From Candidatus Parcubacteria bacterium (GTDB lineage: Bacteria; Patescibacteriota; Patescibacteriia; CAIXNZ01): 59,646 nucleotides of DNA. Each line of letters opens with the position of its first letter. Position 1 is the first letter of the stretch. Both the position numbers and the translations under genes were made by a program. Of the stretch, positions 1-9,638 are shown in pieces. The notes below the pieces were generated by a model. The model was not told the DNA's origin. It did not search any database and saw only the letters and a list, made by a program, of their open reading frames with translations. The stretch lies in assembly GCA_026395755.1 (NCBI GenBank), contig JAPLYC010000075.1, positions 1 through 59,646 on the forward strand, in the 5' to 3' direction.

Positions 1-1
1 G

Positions 2-3000
2 ATTTCTTTACAGGCTGGTGCTCTGGGCGGGTTGGCGACACTGGATGGGTTAGGAAAAATATCATCCGGTCAATTACCGGCAATTACAATTACTAATGTT
101 AATGTCGTTGCTGATATTGCAGCCAGAGATGCGCTTACTCCAGTGGAGACGGGTGATGTGGCTATAGTTTTAGATGAACACCCCGGGTTAGCAGTGGTAT
201 CCAATACCTATATCTATGACGGCACTGTCTGGCAGGAAGTGAAAAAGCCGTTAAATCAGTATTTTGCCATAGCTAATAATTTAAGTGAATTGACCAGTCC
301 TTCTACGGCCAGAACAAATTTAGGCTTAGGTACTGGGGACAGCCCTGTATTTACCGGCTTAACTTTAAGCGGGCTGACAGCTGATTCATTTATTTATTCC
401 GGTACAGGCGGATTAATTTCTTCAACTGCTGCTCCTTTAGACGGAGAACTGCTTATCGGTGCGACTGGTTCGACTCCTGTGGCAGCAACTTTAACAGGCA
501 CCTCCAATCAGGTGGATGTAAACAATGGAGCCGGGTCCATAACCTTATCAACTCCGCAGGATATTGATAGTGGCGCGACCCCTCAATTTGCAGGCTTAAC
601 TTTAACAGGAAGCGGAATTTTAGCTAATGCGCAGGATGTGCAGTTTCGGGAAGCGACAATTAACGGAACAAATCATGTAGCGATAAAAGCGCCGGCAATT
701 TTAGCAGGCGATTATACATTGACGTTACCACTAGCCCAAGGTGGTGCCAGCACTTATTTACAAAATGACGGCTCGGGCAATTTGAGCTGGGCAGCAGGAG
801 TCGGCGGTTTTACAGATCCGATGTTAAATATTGGAGATATTATAATTCGTGATGCAGGAAATATAACAAATAGATTAGCAATCAGCGGTACTACTGGCGA
901 TGTTTTGACCGTATCAGCGGGAGGCGTGCCGGTTTGGCAGACATTGCCGAGCGCAGGAGCAGAAGTTGATCCAGTGGTAGCGTTAATAAATGGGTTAGTT
1001 AAATCAAACGGTACAATAATATCAGCTGCAACAGCCGGAACAGATTATTCAGCCGGAACATCAGCATTAACAACGGGACTTTTAATATCAACAACAGGTA
1101 CCGGGGCGTTAAGTATAGCTACAGCGGGAGTAGATTATGTAGCGACTGAAGCAGATCCGATAGCCGGGGGAGTAACCGGAATCGTCTTAGGAGACGGAGC
1201 CGGCAATTTATCAGCAGCCGCAGCCGGAACAGATTATTCAGCCGGAACATCAGCATTAACGACTGGACTATTAATGTCAACAACAGGTACTGGGGCATTA
1301 AGTATTGCCACGGCCGGAGTTGATTATGTAGCAACAGAAGCCGATCCGATAGCCGGGGGAGTAACCGGAATACTTTTAGGAGATGGAGCCGGTAATTTAT
1401 CAGCAGCAGTAGCTGGAGACTTTCCAACTTTAAATCAAAGTACGACCGGAACTGCAGCCAATGTAACAGGAACAGTTGCTGTTGCTAATGGTGGTACTGG
1501 TCTAGCTACAGTTGGTATCGGTGAAATTATTTATGGTTCAGCTTTAAATACTTATTCAGCTTTAGCTATAGGCGGTGCTAATACATACCTAAAATCAGAT
1601 GGTATAGGCGGATTATCATGGGCAACTCCGGCTGGTAGCGGCACTATTACTGCTGTCGGTGATATTGCAACTGGCGCTGCCTTTACAGCAACAAATGGCG
1701 CAGATGGTAACAACCTCTATTTTGAAGGCGCAACCTCCAATGCAAATGAAGTCAATCTGACTGCGGCTGATCCAGGTACTGATGTGACAGTGACAATTCC
1801 TGCAACAACCGGTACGTTATTATTGGATATGAATGATTTATCAGATTTAAATAGTGTTCCTACAGCACTGAGTAATTTAGGGTTAGGGACAGGTGACAGC
1901 CCGAGTTTTACGGGGCTGACAGTATCAGGTGGCACAGGCACTTTAGGAGGCAATGCCCAGACAGGCAGCTTAGAAGTGTATGACGGATCAAACAACAAAG
2001 TAACTTTAACAAGTCCGGCAATAGGAACAGATTATACATTAATATTGCCTATAGATGATGGGACAGCAGGACAATGTCTAACAACAAGCGATGGCACCGG
2101 GACATTAGCCTGGGCAGCTTGCGGAGGTGGAGGCGGAGCAAACACGGCACTGTCAAATCTGGCAGCAGTGGCCATCAACACAGCATTATTGCCGGGAACA
2201 ACGGACTCAATAGCTTTAGGATCTGATTCATATAACTGGTTGAATTTATACTTAGGGAATGGCGGAGTAGTTTTTGAAGGCGCAACAGGAGGAGTGGATG
2301 CAAATGAGACTACCTTGGCGGTGGTAGACCCGACAGCAGACCAGACAATAACCTTACCTAATGCCACGGGCACAGTTTTGTTAAACACGAATAATTTAAC
2401 AGACGTATCAAATACAGCGACAGCGCGTGGCAATTTAGGCGCGGCTGCCAGCGGAATAAACACAGATATCACGGGATTAAATGGACTAAATAAGCAGAAT
2501 GCCATACAAATCGGGCCATACGGATTAGTGGCAGGAAATACTGGCGAAGCCAGATTTTTGGAACTGGCGGCCAGTGGTACAGATTATGCGGCAATTAAAT
2601 CCCCGGATGCATTGGCAGCCAGTTATACCTTGACCTTGCCGGTAGATGACGGCACATCGAGCCAGTTCTTGCAGACAGACGGAAGCGGGGTATTGTCCTG
2701 GGCAACTCCAACAGCCTCGAGTATAGCCTTTAATAATATAACCGGTGGAACAAATACATCGGCTGCTATGATAGTTGGAGGCACCGCTTCTTTAGCTCCA
2801 ACAACCGGATCTATAACTGCTAATAAATTTAGACAAGGTGTTGGAACTGATACAGACGATGTTGATCTCGCAGCTACTGAAGGCGAAGTCGCCGGCATTT
2901 TACCCGTAGCAAATGGCGGTACTGGCACGCTTAGCGGAACATTGGGCGGTGTGCTTTTTTATGCCACTGCAGGTAGTATCGCTAATACAGGAGCCGGTGC

Positions 3001-4729
3001 CAATAATCAATTTCTTAAAAGTAGTTCCGGAGGGCTCCCAGGTTTTTCTTCAGTTGCGTTGAATACTAACGATGTTACAGGCATTTTGCCTATTCTCAAC
3101 AGGGGCGGTACTGGCAATGGAACAGCTCCAGGCTCTCCGGGAATGGTTGTTTATACTGCATCAACTACGGCTTATGGCTATACTGCACAGGGTAGTTCGG
3201 GACAATTGTTGCGTTCAGGTGGTGCGGGAGTTCCGACCTGGACAACAGCAACTTTTCCAATCCTTGCCGGCGCATCTGGTAATGTCTTAAAATCTGACGG
3301 TGCTGATTGGTCAAGTGCTGCCCCTACTATGGCACTTTCTGGTCTTTCACAAGCTTCAAGTTCAAATACGATTGCTAACGCTGATTATCCCCAGACTTGG
3401 AATTGGGCTTTGACTACGGCGGCTAGAACAGCTTTTTCTCTCAATGAAAGTGCAAACTCAGCTGGTGGTTCAGGATCCCAGTATATTTTAGGTGTAGGCA
3501 CTTTTTCTACGTCCTCTACGGCAGCTCCATTAAAAGTTACACTGGGAGCGAATAAGATTATTGATACGACAAGTACAGGCGGTTTAATTTTTGGTAATAC
3601 TGCTATAAATACGCCCATTACTATAAAATCAGGAACAGGCGCAATTGATATTGGTACCGATGTTTTTGCCCATACTACAACATTAGGGTCTACAACAGGC
3701 GCAGCTTCAACTGTAGTTCAATCAGGAACCGGTGCCCTTAAAATTGAAACTCAAGGTACTGGTGGTTTATTGATTGGTAATAATGCTATTGCCCAGACTA
3801 TTACTGTTGGCAATACTACTGCCGGAACATCCATTGCCTTAGACACCGGTACCAGTGGCACTATCGATATCGGTGCAAGTGGTTTTTCCAGAGCAATTAA
3901 TATTGGTACCGGAGCAGCCGTTGTTGAAACAATTACGATTGGAGGCACTGGCGCTAATCCTATTTATATTGGTAATAATCAGGCTAGTGGCTCAATTAAT
4001 CTTGGTGCCAGCATGATCGGAGGCACTATCACGATCGGCGGTACTGCGCAGACAGGCGGTATTAGTATCGGTACAGGTACTGCTACACAAACATTGCTTT
4101 TTGGTACTGGCACACTTGAAACAGGAACAAAAAATATTACTATCGGAAATCTTGATAGCGGCACAACCATGAATATTAAATCAGGCATAGGCGGTCTCCA
4201 TTTGGCGACTGCCAATAGCGGGAACATTACATTATTAGCAGATTCCACCGGTACTATGCAGATTGATACGGGTTTAAATGGTACTATTAATATTGGTAAC
4301 GGTCCAGCCGCTAAAACAATAAATTTTGGTAATAATAACACCTCAACAGCAATGAACATCACATCAGGTACAGGTGGTATTAACCTTACTGGTAAAGTAA
4401 GAATAATAGGTACTGCCCCCACGCCTACTAGCCCTGCCGGCACTTGTTCGGTCGGTGGAGTTGTTAGTATGGCAACTGGTTCCAGCGATAATGCTGGTAA
4501 GATACAAGTAACGGCCTGCACAGCCGGAAATTATAGCGCCCTTACTATTAGTTTTTCTGCAGCCTGGACAAATGCTCCATTCTGTACAATTTCTGCAACT
4601 GATAATAACTCGGCAACTATGGTTTCAACCGGAGTTTGGGTTACCACTGCCACAGGTTCCATGACCATAAACGTACCGGCTGCTAGTACTAATGCAACTA
4701 CCTGGAACTATAATTGTTTTGGTAATTAG
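2..4729 (+). CDS. Giant Gly/Thr/Ala-rich repeat surface protein/adhesin with phage tail-fibre-like modules (5' truncated by window)
   Basis: Frame is open from base 2 (ISLQAGALGGLATLDGLGKI...). Recurrent modules NNLS.L...TAR.NLG, FEGAT..ANE..L...DP, YTLTLP..DG...Q.L..DG.G.LSW and a 63-aa tandem duplication. Confidence 0.7.
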   Translation: MSLQAGALGGLATLDGLGKISSGQLPAITITNVNVVADIAARDALTPVETGDVAIVLDEHPGLAVVSNTYIYDGTVWQEVKKPLNQYFAIANNLSELTSPSTARTNLGLGTGDSPVFTGLTLSGLTADSFIYSGTGGLISSTAAPLDGELLIGATGSTPVAATLTGTSNQVDVNNGAGSITLSTPQDIDSGATPQFAGLTLTGSGILANAQDVQFREATINGTNHVAIKAPAILAGDYTLTLPLAQGGASTYLQNDGSGNLSWAAGVGGFTDPMLNIGDIIIRDAGNITNRLAISGTTGDVLTVSAGGVPVWQTLPSAGAEVDPVVALINGLVKSNGTIISAATAGTDYSAGTSALTTGLLISTTGTGALSIATAGVDYVATEADPIAGGVTGIVLGDGAGNLSAAAAGTDYSAGTSALTTGLLMSTTGTGALSIATAGVDYVATEADPIAGGVTGILLGDGAGNLSAAVAGDFPTLNQSTTGTAANVTGTVAVANGGTGLATVGIGEIIYGSALNTYSALAIGGANTYLKSDGIGGLSWATPAGSGTITAVGDIATGAAFTATNGADGNNLYFEGATSNANEVNLTAADPGTDVTVTIPATTGTLLLDMNDLSDLNSVPTALSNLGLGTGDSPSFTGLTVSGGTGTLGGNAQTGSLEVYDGSNNKVTLTSPAIGTDYTLILPIDDGTAGQCLTTSDGTGTLAWAACGGGGGANTALSNLAAVAINTALLPGTTDSIALGSDSYNWLNLYLGNGGVVFEGATGGVDANETTLAVVDPTADQTITLPNATGTVLLNTNNLTDVSNTATARGNLGAAASGINTDITGLNGLNKQNAIQIGPYGLVAGNTGEARFLELAASGTDYAAIKSPDALAASYTLTLPVDDGTSSQFLQTDGSGVLSWATPTASSIAFNNITGGTNTSAAMIVGGTASLAPTTGSITANKFRQGVGTDTDDVDLAATEGEVAGILPVANGGTGTLSGTLGGVLFYATAGSIANTGAGANNQFLKSSSGGLPGFSSVALNTNDVTGILPILNRGGTGNGTAPGSPGMVVYTASTTAYGYTAQGSSGQLLRSGGAGVPTWTTATFPILAGASGNVLKSDGADWSSAAPTMALSGLSQASSSNTIANADYPQTWNWALTTAARTAFSLNESANSAGGSGSQYILGVGTFSTSSTAAPLKVTLGANKIIDTTSTGGLIFGNTAINTPITIKSGTGAIDIGTDVFAHTTTLGSTTGAASTVVQSGTGALKIETQGTGGLLIGNNAIAQTITVGNTTAGTSIALDTGTSGTIDIGASGFSRAINIGTGAAVVETITIGGTGANPIYIGNNQASGSINLGASMIGGTITIGGTAQTGGISIGTGTATQTLLFGTGTLETGTKNITIGNLDSGTTMNIKSGIGGLHLATANSGNITLLADSTGTMQIDTGLNGTINIGNGPAAKTINFGNNNTSTAMNITSGTGGINLTGKVRIIGTAPTPTSPAGTCSVGGVVSMATGSSDNAGKIQVTACTAGNYSALTISFSAAWTNAPFCTISATDNNSATMVSTGVWVTTATGSMTINVPAASTNATTWNYNCFGN
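1033..1410 (+). repeat. Two near-identical 189-bp (63-aa) tandem repeats inside the giant ORF
   Basis: AGTDYSAGTSALTTGLL(I/M)STTGTGALSIATAGVDYVATEADPIAGGVTGI(V/L)LGDGAGNLSAA occurs twice; DNA copies start at 1033 and 1222. Confidence 0.9.
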
Positions 4730-4787
4730 AAATTTAGCGTCTTGAATTTTAAACATTTATTTAATAAAAATTTAAAATAAAAAAACT

Positions 4788-5522
4788 ATGGACATCAAAA
4801 CTTTAAAACCGGAAAAACTTAAGGAAAAAATTGGCAGAAAAAAAATGCCTAAACTGCTCAAGATTATTGTTATTGTGCTGGTTATTGTGGCACTCGGGGC
4901 GGGAATCTATTATGCCCTAGACCAGATGGGCTATGTTAAGGCCATGAGACTGGCTTTGCAGTATCAAAAACAAACAGCTTTAAACAAGGAGGATGCGGCA
5001 ATTTTAAACCAGCTGAAAAAGATCATGGTTTTACCGGATGATATTAACCCTACTATGGCCAATATCACTGACATTGAAGCTTTGAAAAAATCACAGCCCG
5101 GATTTTTCGCCACCGCCAGTAACGGACAAAAATTGATTATTTATCCTGATCAGGCCATTATTTTTGACCAAAAATCAGGTAAAATTGTTAAAGTCGGCCC
5201 GGTACAGGTTACCGGTAATCAGAACGCGCAGGTTCAGCCGGTGAATTTTGCCGTTTATAACAGTTTGAAAGACGATCCTGCCAATGCCAAGACCGCGGAA
5301 ATGGAAACTAAAATCAAAACCGCCTTTAATAACGCGGTGGTGACAGTGAAAGAAAATTCAGCAAAAATTGATTACCCGCAGACATTGGTTGTTGATATTG
5401 CCGGCAATAATCCCGATATTCAAAAAATAGTTGATGCCCTGGGCGCAAAATTGAGCGGCCTGCCAATAGGTGAAAAGAAACCTGAAGGAGTGGCGGTGCT
5501 GGTGATTATAGGGAAACAGTAA
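4788..5522 (+). CDS. Membrane-anchored protein with C-terminal LytR_C-like domain
   Basis: N-terminal TM helix (IIVIVLVIVALGAGIYY); C-terminal VNFAVYN...N....YPQTLVV...VLVIIGK pattern. Confidence 0.65.
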   Translation: MDIKTLKPEKLKEKIGRKKMPKLLKIIVIVLVIVALGAGIYYALDQMGYVKAMRLALQYQKQTALNKEDAAILNQLKKIMVLPDDINPTMANITDIEALKKSQPGFFATASNGQKLIIYPDQAIIFDQKSGKIVKVGPVQVTGNQNAQVQPVNFAVYNSLKDDPANAKTAEMETKIKTAFNNAVVTVKENSAKIDYPQTLVVDIAGNNPDIQKIVDALGAKLSGLPIGEKKPEGVAVLVIIGKQ

Positions 5523-5984
5523 AATTTTCAATTTTTCAATTTTACAATTTTCAGAAAATTTTCAATGGATCAACTTCCAAATAAAATTTACGATTTAGAA
5601 GAAAGAACAGCTAAATTTGGAGAAGATATTATTAGATTTTGTAGAACTGTTAAATCTGATAATATTTGTAATCCCATAATTAATCAGTTGGTCCGTTCCG
5701 CAACTAGTATAGGGGCTAATTATTGTGAGGCAAATAATGCCAGTTCAAAAAAAGATTTTCGCAATAAAATCTATATATGCAAGAAAGAATCACAGGAATC
5801 TAAGCATTGGTTAAGAATGTTGGCTGTATCTTTGCCTACACAAGCCGAGGGAATTAAAAAATTATGGAATGAAGCCCATGAAGTGACTTTAATTTTCCAG
5901 AAAATAACTAAAACTCTTAGTGAATAATTGAAAATTGTAAATTAAGTCTTCTCTGAAAATTGAGCATTGTAAATTGAGAATTAG
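5521..5984. repeat. Inverted heptamer-repeat arms (5521-5566 and 5926-5984) enclosing the four-helix-bundle gene
   Basis: Left arm is AATTTTC/AATTTTAC units. Right arm is AATTGAA/AATTGTA/AATTGAG units, the reverse complement of the left. Confidence 0.75.
5565..5927 (+). CDS. Four helix bundle protein (23S rRNA IVS protein family, TIGR02436-like)
   Basis: YDLEERT..F...QLVRSATSIGANYCEA..ASSKKDF.NKI.ICKKE..E..HWL signature. Confidence 0.9.
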   Translation: MDQLPNKIYDLEERTAKFGEDIIRFCRTVKSDNICNPIINQLVRSATSIGANYCEANNASSKKDFRNKIYICKKESQESKHWLRMLAVSLPTQAEGIKKLWNEAHEVTLIFQKITKTLSE

Positions 5985-6014
5985 ACTTATGACATTTAAG
6001 ATAAATATTACAAG

Positions 6015-7466
6015 ATGTTACAATTCAAAATAAGAAATTTATTGATATGCACTGCGGCGGCCATACTTTTGGTCGCCCCTTTTGCAGCTGGAGCGGCAAA
6101 TGATTTTATCCTGGATGATGTTGTAAATTTTGATTTAAATACTTTGGAGGCGGTTGCGACTACAATTACAGCCGGTTCGGTTACGTCCGGACAGCAGGTG
6201 ATTGAAATGGATGTGCAGTCAAATTATATTGATATTAGCGTCTATACTGATACAGATATTACTTTTAATACTACTGTCGTCGGCCAGTATTTAAAGTTCA
6301 CTCCTTTTTCCAGCACAAGTTTTACCTTAACTCCATCCTGCCCAACCAATACAGCGCGTATTGCTGGTACTGGCGCGGCTCCGCTAACAGTAAAGCTGGA
6401 AGTAACCTCAGTTAATTCTTGCGCGGCCGGGATTACAGTTACTCCTATTTCAGGCAATACTTCAGAAGCCGGGACTAGCGCAATGTTTGCAATTTATTTA
6501 AATACTCAGCCGTCAGCTAATGTCACAATTGGTATTTCCAGCTCAGATCCTACCGAGGGTAATGTTTCGACTGCCTCTCTGATTTTTACCAGTGCCAATT
6601 GGAATATTCCTAGGTTTGTGACTGTGACAGGAGCTGATGACAGTATTATTGATGGCAATATTACTTATACTATTATTACAGCACCTGCTGTATCTGCGGA
6701 TCTTTATTATAATGGATTTAATCCTAATAACGTCACTGTTGTTAATATTGATAATGATACCGGCGGCGGCGGAGGCGGCGGTGGTGGAGGCGGAGGAGGC
6801 GGAGGAGGCGGAGGTGGCGGTGGCGGAGGTGGCGGTGGACCAATTTTGCCGCAAATAACCTTGCCTGCGGGCGTTTATGTCGGGGATTTAATCAAACGTC
6901 CTGATATACCTACTGTTTATGTTGTTGATGATGATTTAAGACGCCATTCTTTCCCGAACCGGGAAACTTATTTTAGCTGGTTCCCTGATTTTTCTAATAT
7001 CAAAATAGTTTCCGCAGAAACTTTGGCAGCAACCACTTTGGGTTCTAACGTAACAGTCAGTCCCGGCACTTATCTTATAAAGGTCCAGTCAGTGCCCAAG
7101 GTTTTTGCCGTAGAACCGGGCGGCGGCATAAGATGGATTGAAACTGAAGAAATTGCCAGGAAATTATATGGAGAAAAATGGGGTGAGAGGGTAATTGATG
7201 TCAATCCTGCTTTCTATATTAATTATCAGGAAGGCAATCCAATCATCGCGGGCCAGCATCCGACCGGCAGTTTGGTGCAATGGGAAAATGGTCAAAGAGT
7301 TTACTATATTGAAAATGGTGTCAGGCGCTATATTACTTCCGAGGTCTTTATTAATAACCATTACCAAAACCGTTTTGTCTATCGCCAATTAACTCCTGAT
7401 TTTTTCTATACCAACGGTGTAGATTATCCGATGCTCGGAATTCCCGCTTTAATGGTACTGAAATAA
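6015..7466 (+). CDS. Secreted surface protein: Calx-beta/Ig-like domain, 26-Gly linker, C-terminal CPR-type repeat domain
   Basis: Signal peptide; TSEAG..A.F...L..QP.ANVT...SSD..EG...LIFT.ANWN.P..VTVTG.DD; Gly26 at 6762-6839; C-terminal GDLIK...RH.FPN..TYFSW..DFS domain shared with 31667..34690. Confidence 0.7.
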   Translation: MLQFKIRNLLICTAAAILLVAPFAAGAANDFILDDVVNFDLNTLEAVATTITAGSVTSGQQVIEMDVQSNYIDISVYTDTDITFNTTVVGQYLKFTPFSSTSFTLTPSCPTNTARIAGTGAAPLTVKLEVTSVNSCAAGITVTPISGNTSEAGTSAMFAIYLNTQPSANVTIGISSSDPTEGNVSTASLIFTSANWNIPRFVTVTGADDSIIDGNITYTIITAPAVSADLYYNGFNPNNVTVVNIDNDTGGGGGGGGGGGGGGGGGGGGGGGGGGPILPQITLPAGVYVGDLIKRPDIPTVYVVDDDLRRHSFPNRETYFSWFPDFSNIKIVSAETLAATTLGSNVTVSPGTYLIKVQSVPKVFAVEPGGGIRWIETEEIARKLYGEKWGERVIDVNPAFYINYQEGNPIIAGQHPTGSLVQWENGQRVYYIENGVRRYITSEVFINNHYQNRFVYRQLTPDFFYTNGVDYPMLGIPALMVLK

Positions 7467-7501
7467 AATTATAGTGAGGATAATAATTTTCAAATAAAAT
7501 A

Positions 7502-7535
7502 GAAAAACCCTCACGCGTCGCGGGAGGGTTTTTTC
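7502..7535. terminator. Bidirectional intrinsic terminator
   Basis: GAAAAACCCTCACGC-GTC-GCGGGAGGGTTTTTTC between convergent genes. Confidence 0.8.
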
Positions 7536-7536
7536 G

Positions 7537-7881
7537 TCAGATGACGATTTGATGTTCCAGCAGATAGACCTGGGCGAAAATATCTTTTCTGGATAGTTGT
7601 TCGTCGCCGATGTTTTTGCCATTTATATCAAGGCGCTGAAATCTGATCATGTTGTTAGGTTCAAGCGCGACGATTTTTACCAGTCTGACAAAAACATTTT
7701 GGCAGCCTCCCCAGGGTCGGAATTGTCGCTCGAAATCTTTTTTGCTGATTTTGAGAGGACGAGTGGCCTGTCCGTGCTCATCATTTACAAATATCTCAAT
7801 GCGCCCGTCAGGTAAGACTTCTAAGTCATGCACCATTGCCAATTGTACGACACATTCTCCCGCTTTAAACTCTCCAAGCAT
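7537..7881 (-). CDS. Hypothetical protein
   Basis: 114-aa ORF with GAGGAGG RBS, ending at the terminator. Confidence 0.6.
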   Translation of the reverse strand: MLGEFKAGECVVQLAMVHDLEVLPDGRIEIFVNDEHGQATRPLKISKKDFERQFRPWGGCQNVFVRLVKIVALEPNNMIRFQRLDINGKNIGDEQLSRKDIFAQVYLLEHQIVI

Positions 7882-8034
7882 GATTCCTCCTCAGTGTTTA
7901 GCTTATTCCGCATGGTTAAAGAACATTTATATACTATACCTTTTTATGGCAAATATCAAGATTTCGCGGCTCTTGAATAATAAATAAAATTCTGTTAAAA
8001 TTGACTTATCTTAAATCTTAATGTTTTAATTTCT

Positions 8035-8622
8035 ATGGAAAAAACCCTGGTAATTGTTAAGCCGGATGGCGTTCAGCGTAATTTAATCGGCGAAATCATT
8101 TCACGATTAGAGAAAAGCGGCCTTAAAATGGTTGCCGCTAAAATGCTGCAGCCTGATGAAAAATTAATTGAAAAGCATTATACCATCGATCCTGATTGGT
8201 TTAGATTGTGCGGTGAAAAAAACATCAATTCTTATAAGAAAAAGGGGTTGACCCCGCCCAGCGAGGATCCGATCGAAGTCGGTAAAATGGTTTTGCAAAA
8301 ATTAAAACAATATTTAACCTTCTGTCCGGTTGTGTCTATGGTTTGGGAAGGTAGTTCAGCCGTGGAATTAGTACGCAAAATTACCGGAGGTACTGAGCCT
8401 TTAGGCGCGGCTCCCATGGGTACGATTCGCGGAGATTATTGTCTGGAATCATATCTTTTGGCGGATAGCGCCGAAAGAGCAGTGCGTAATTTAGTTCATG
8501 CTTCCGGCTCCGTAGCAGAAGCGGAAAAAGAGATTGCCTTATGGTTTGATAATAAGGAAATTATGGATTATAAATTGACCAGGGATACGATTATTTATGA
8601 TAAGGAATGGAATATTGCTTAA
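8035..8622 (+). CDS. ndk: Nucleoside-diphosphate kinase
   Basis: EKTLVIVKPDGVQRNLIGEII; GTIRGDY; catalytic NLVHASGS. Confidence 0.95.
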   Translation: MEKTLVIVKPDGVQRNLIGEIISRLEKSGLKMVAAKMLQPDEKLIEKHYTIDPDWFRLCGEKNINSYKKKGLTPPSEDPIEVGKMVLQKLKQYLTFCPVVSMVWEGSSAVELVRKITGGTEPLGAAPMGTIRGDYCLESYLLADSAERAVRNLVHASGSVAEAEKEIALWFDNKEIMDYKLTRDTIIYDKEWNIA

Positions 8623-8690
8623 GGCTAAGCCTTAAAATAAATGTCAGTGAATTCGCAAATTAAGAAAATTCCTTCAAGGCTTAGCCTTGA
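8619..8690. repeat. REP doublet (REPIN-like), left of RAYT1
   Basis: TTAAGGCTAAGCCTTAA (8619-8635) ... TCAAGGCTTAGCCTTGA (8674-8690). Confidence 0.8.
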
Positions 8691-8699
8691 GTAAGTTCT

Positions 8700-9299
8700 A
8701 TGCGACGAATAAATTTTGTAAATCAGGAAATTTATCACATTTATAATAGAGGAGTAGATAAACGTGATATTTTCTTAAAAAATGGTGACTATTTAAGGTT
8801 CGTCGAATATTTAAAACAAGTTCAAGAGACTAAGCTTAATTCCGATGAGCTTAGTCTTTTAGATTCCGTTGAATTTATTTGTTATTGCCTTAATCCCAAC
8901 CATTTTCATTTTGTTTTAAAGCAGCTAAGAGATGGCGGAATTTCAAAATTTATGCATTTTTTAGCAACCAGCTATACTATGTTTTTTAATATTAAATATC
9001 AACGGAGCGGCGCTCTTTTCCAGGGGCCATTTAAGGCAAAACAGGTGGAATCTTTCGAACATCTACTTTGGTTATCTATTTATGTGAATACTAATGCGCA
9101 GATTCATGGAATAACTGATGATGCTGCAACTTATCCCTGGTGCAGTTTTGCTTATTATTTAGGGACAGAACAAATTAATATTTGTAACAAAAGGATAATA
9201 TTAGAGGAAATTAAAAATTATAGTAGCTATGCAAAAGAGGCATCAAGTTTTATGAAGAAGAAAAAAGAAATGGAAAAGTATTTGGAATTAGAGGCTTAA
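8700..9299 (+). mobile_element. REP-associated tyrosine transposase (RAYT, IS200/Y1 HUH family)
   Basis: YHIYNRGVDKRDIF; HUH motif in CLNPNHFHF; YFN.KYQRSGALFQG.FKAK-like block; YPWCS; flanking REP doublets. Confidence 0.88.
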
Positions 9300-9311
9300 A
9301 GGTATTGGCGT

Positions 9312-9382
9312 TTAAGGCTAAGCCTTTAAAAGAATGCCCATGTTTACGTAAATATCAAAATTTCTTCAAGGCTTAGCCTGGA
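9312..9382. repeat. REP doublet (REPIN-like), right of RAYT1
   Basis: TTAAGGCTAAGCCTTT ... TCAAGGCTTAGCCTGGA, a direct repeat of the 8619-8690 unit. Confidence 0.8.
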
Positions 9383-9388
9383 AGCGAT

Positions 9389-9416
9389 TTGACTTTTACA
9401 AGCAATGTGCTATAAT
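9389..9416 (+). promoter_or_regulatory. Sigma70-type promoter with extended -10
   Basis: TTGACT-16 bp-TATAAT with TG at the extended position. Confidence 0.7.
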
Positions 9417-9424
9417 ATATTTAT

Positions 9425-9535
9425 ATGATAACCGCACAAGCAATAAAACTTCAGAAATTTGAACTTAACCTAAATTTATTAGGTTTATTGTTGTTAAGCT
9501 GCCTGCTCGCGGTTAAGTTTTCCATTTTTCGATAA
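9425..9535 (+). CDS. Leu-rich leader peptide (36 aa; not in ORF track)
   Basis: MITAQAIKLQKFELNLNLLGLLLLSCLLAVKFSIFR, 11 Leu; directly upstream of a terminator, with an antiterminator segment inside the ORF. Confidence 0.7.
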   Translation: MITAQAIKLQKFELNLNLLGLLLLSCLLAVKFSIFR

Positions 9536-9553
9536 ATTATATTGATATAAGGA

Positions 9554-9586
9554 AAAAACTAGCACCGCGAAGCGGTGCTAGTTTTT
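9554..9586 (+). terminator. Attenuator terminator of the Leu leader
   Basis: AAAAACTAGCACCGC-GAA-GCGGTGCTAGTTTTT. The 5' arm can alternatively pair with TCGCGGTTAAGTTTTCC (9507-9523). Confidence 0.8.
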
Positions 9587-9638
9587 ATTTAGGGTTCTTT
9601 TTAGAGTAAAGCCCTCCCACGGAGGGCGAAGGAGGTAG

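Noticed and set aside
2..4729. Prophage tail gene
   Set aside because: Tail-fibre-like motifs are present, but there is no integrase, capsid, terminase or other phage gene downstream; the context is cell-surface genes. Upstream context is outside the window.
5565..5927. Diversity-generating retroelement (Avd-like gene)
   Set aside because: No reverse transcriptase and no TR/VR pair differing at adenines in the window. The 189-bp repeats in the giant ORF differ mostly at synonymous positions.
6762..6839. Phase-variable simple sequence repeat
   Set aside because: Mixed GGC/GGA/GGT codons in frame: a selected poly-Gly linker, and slippage would not shift the frame.
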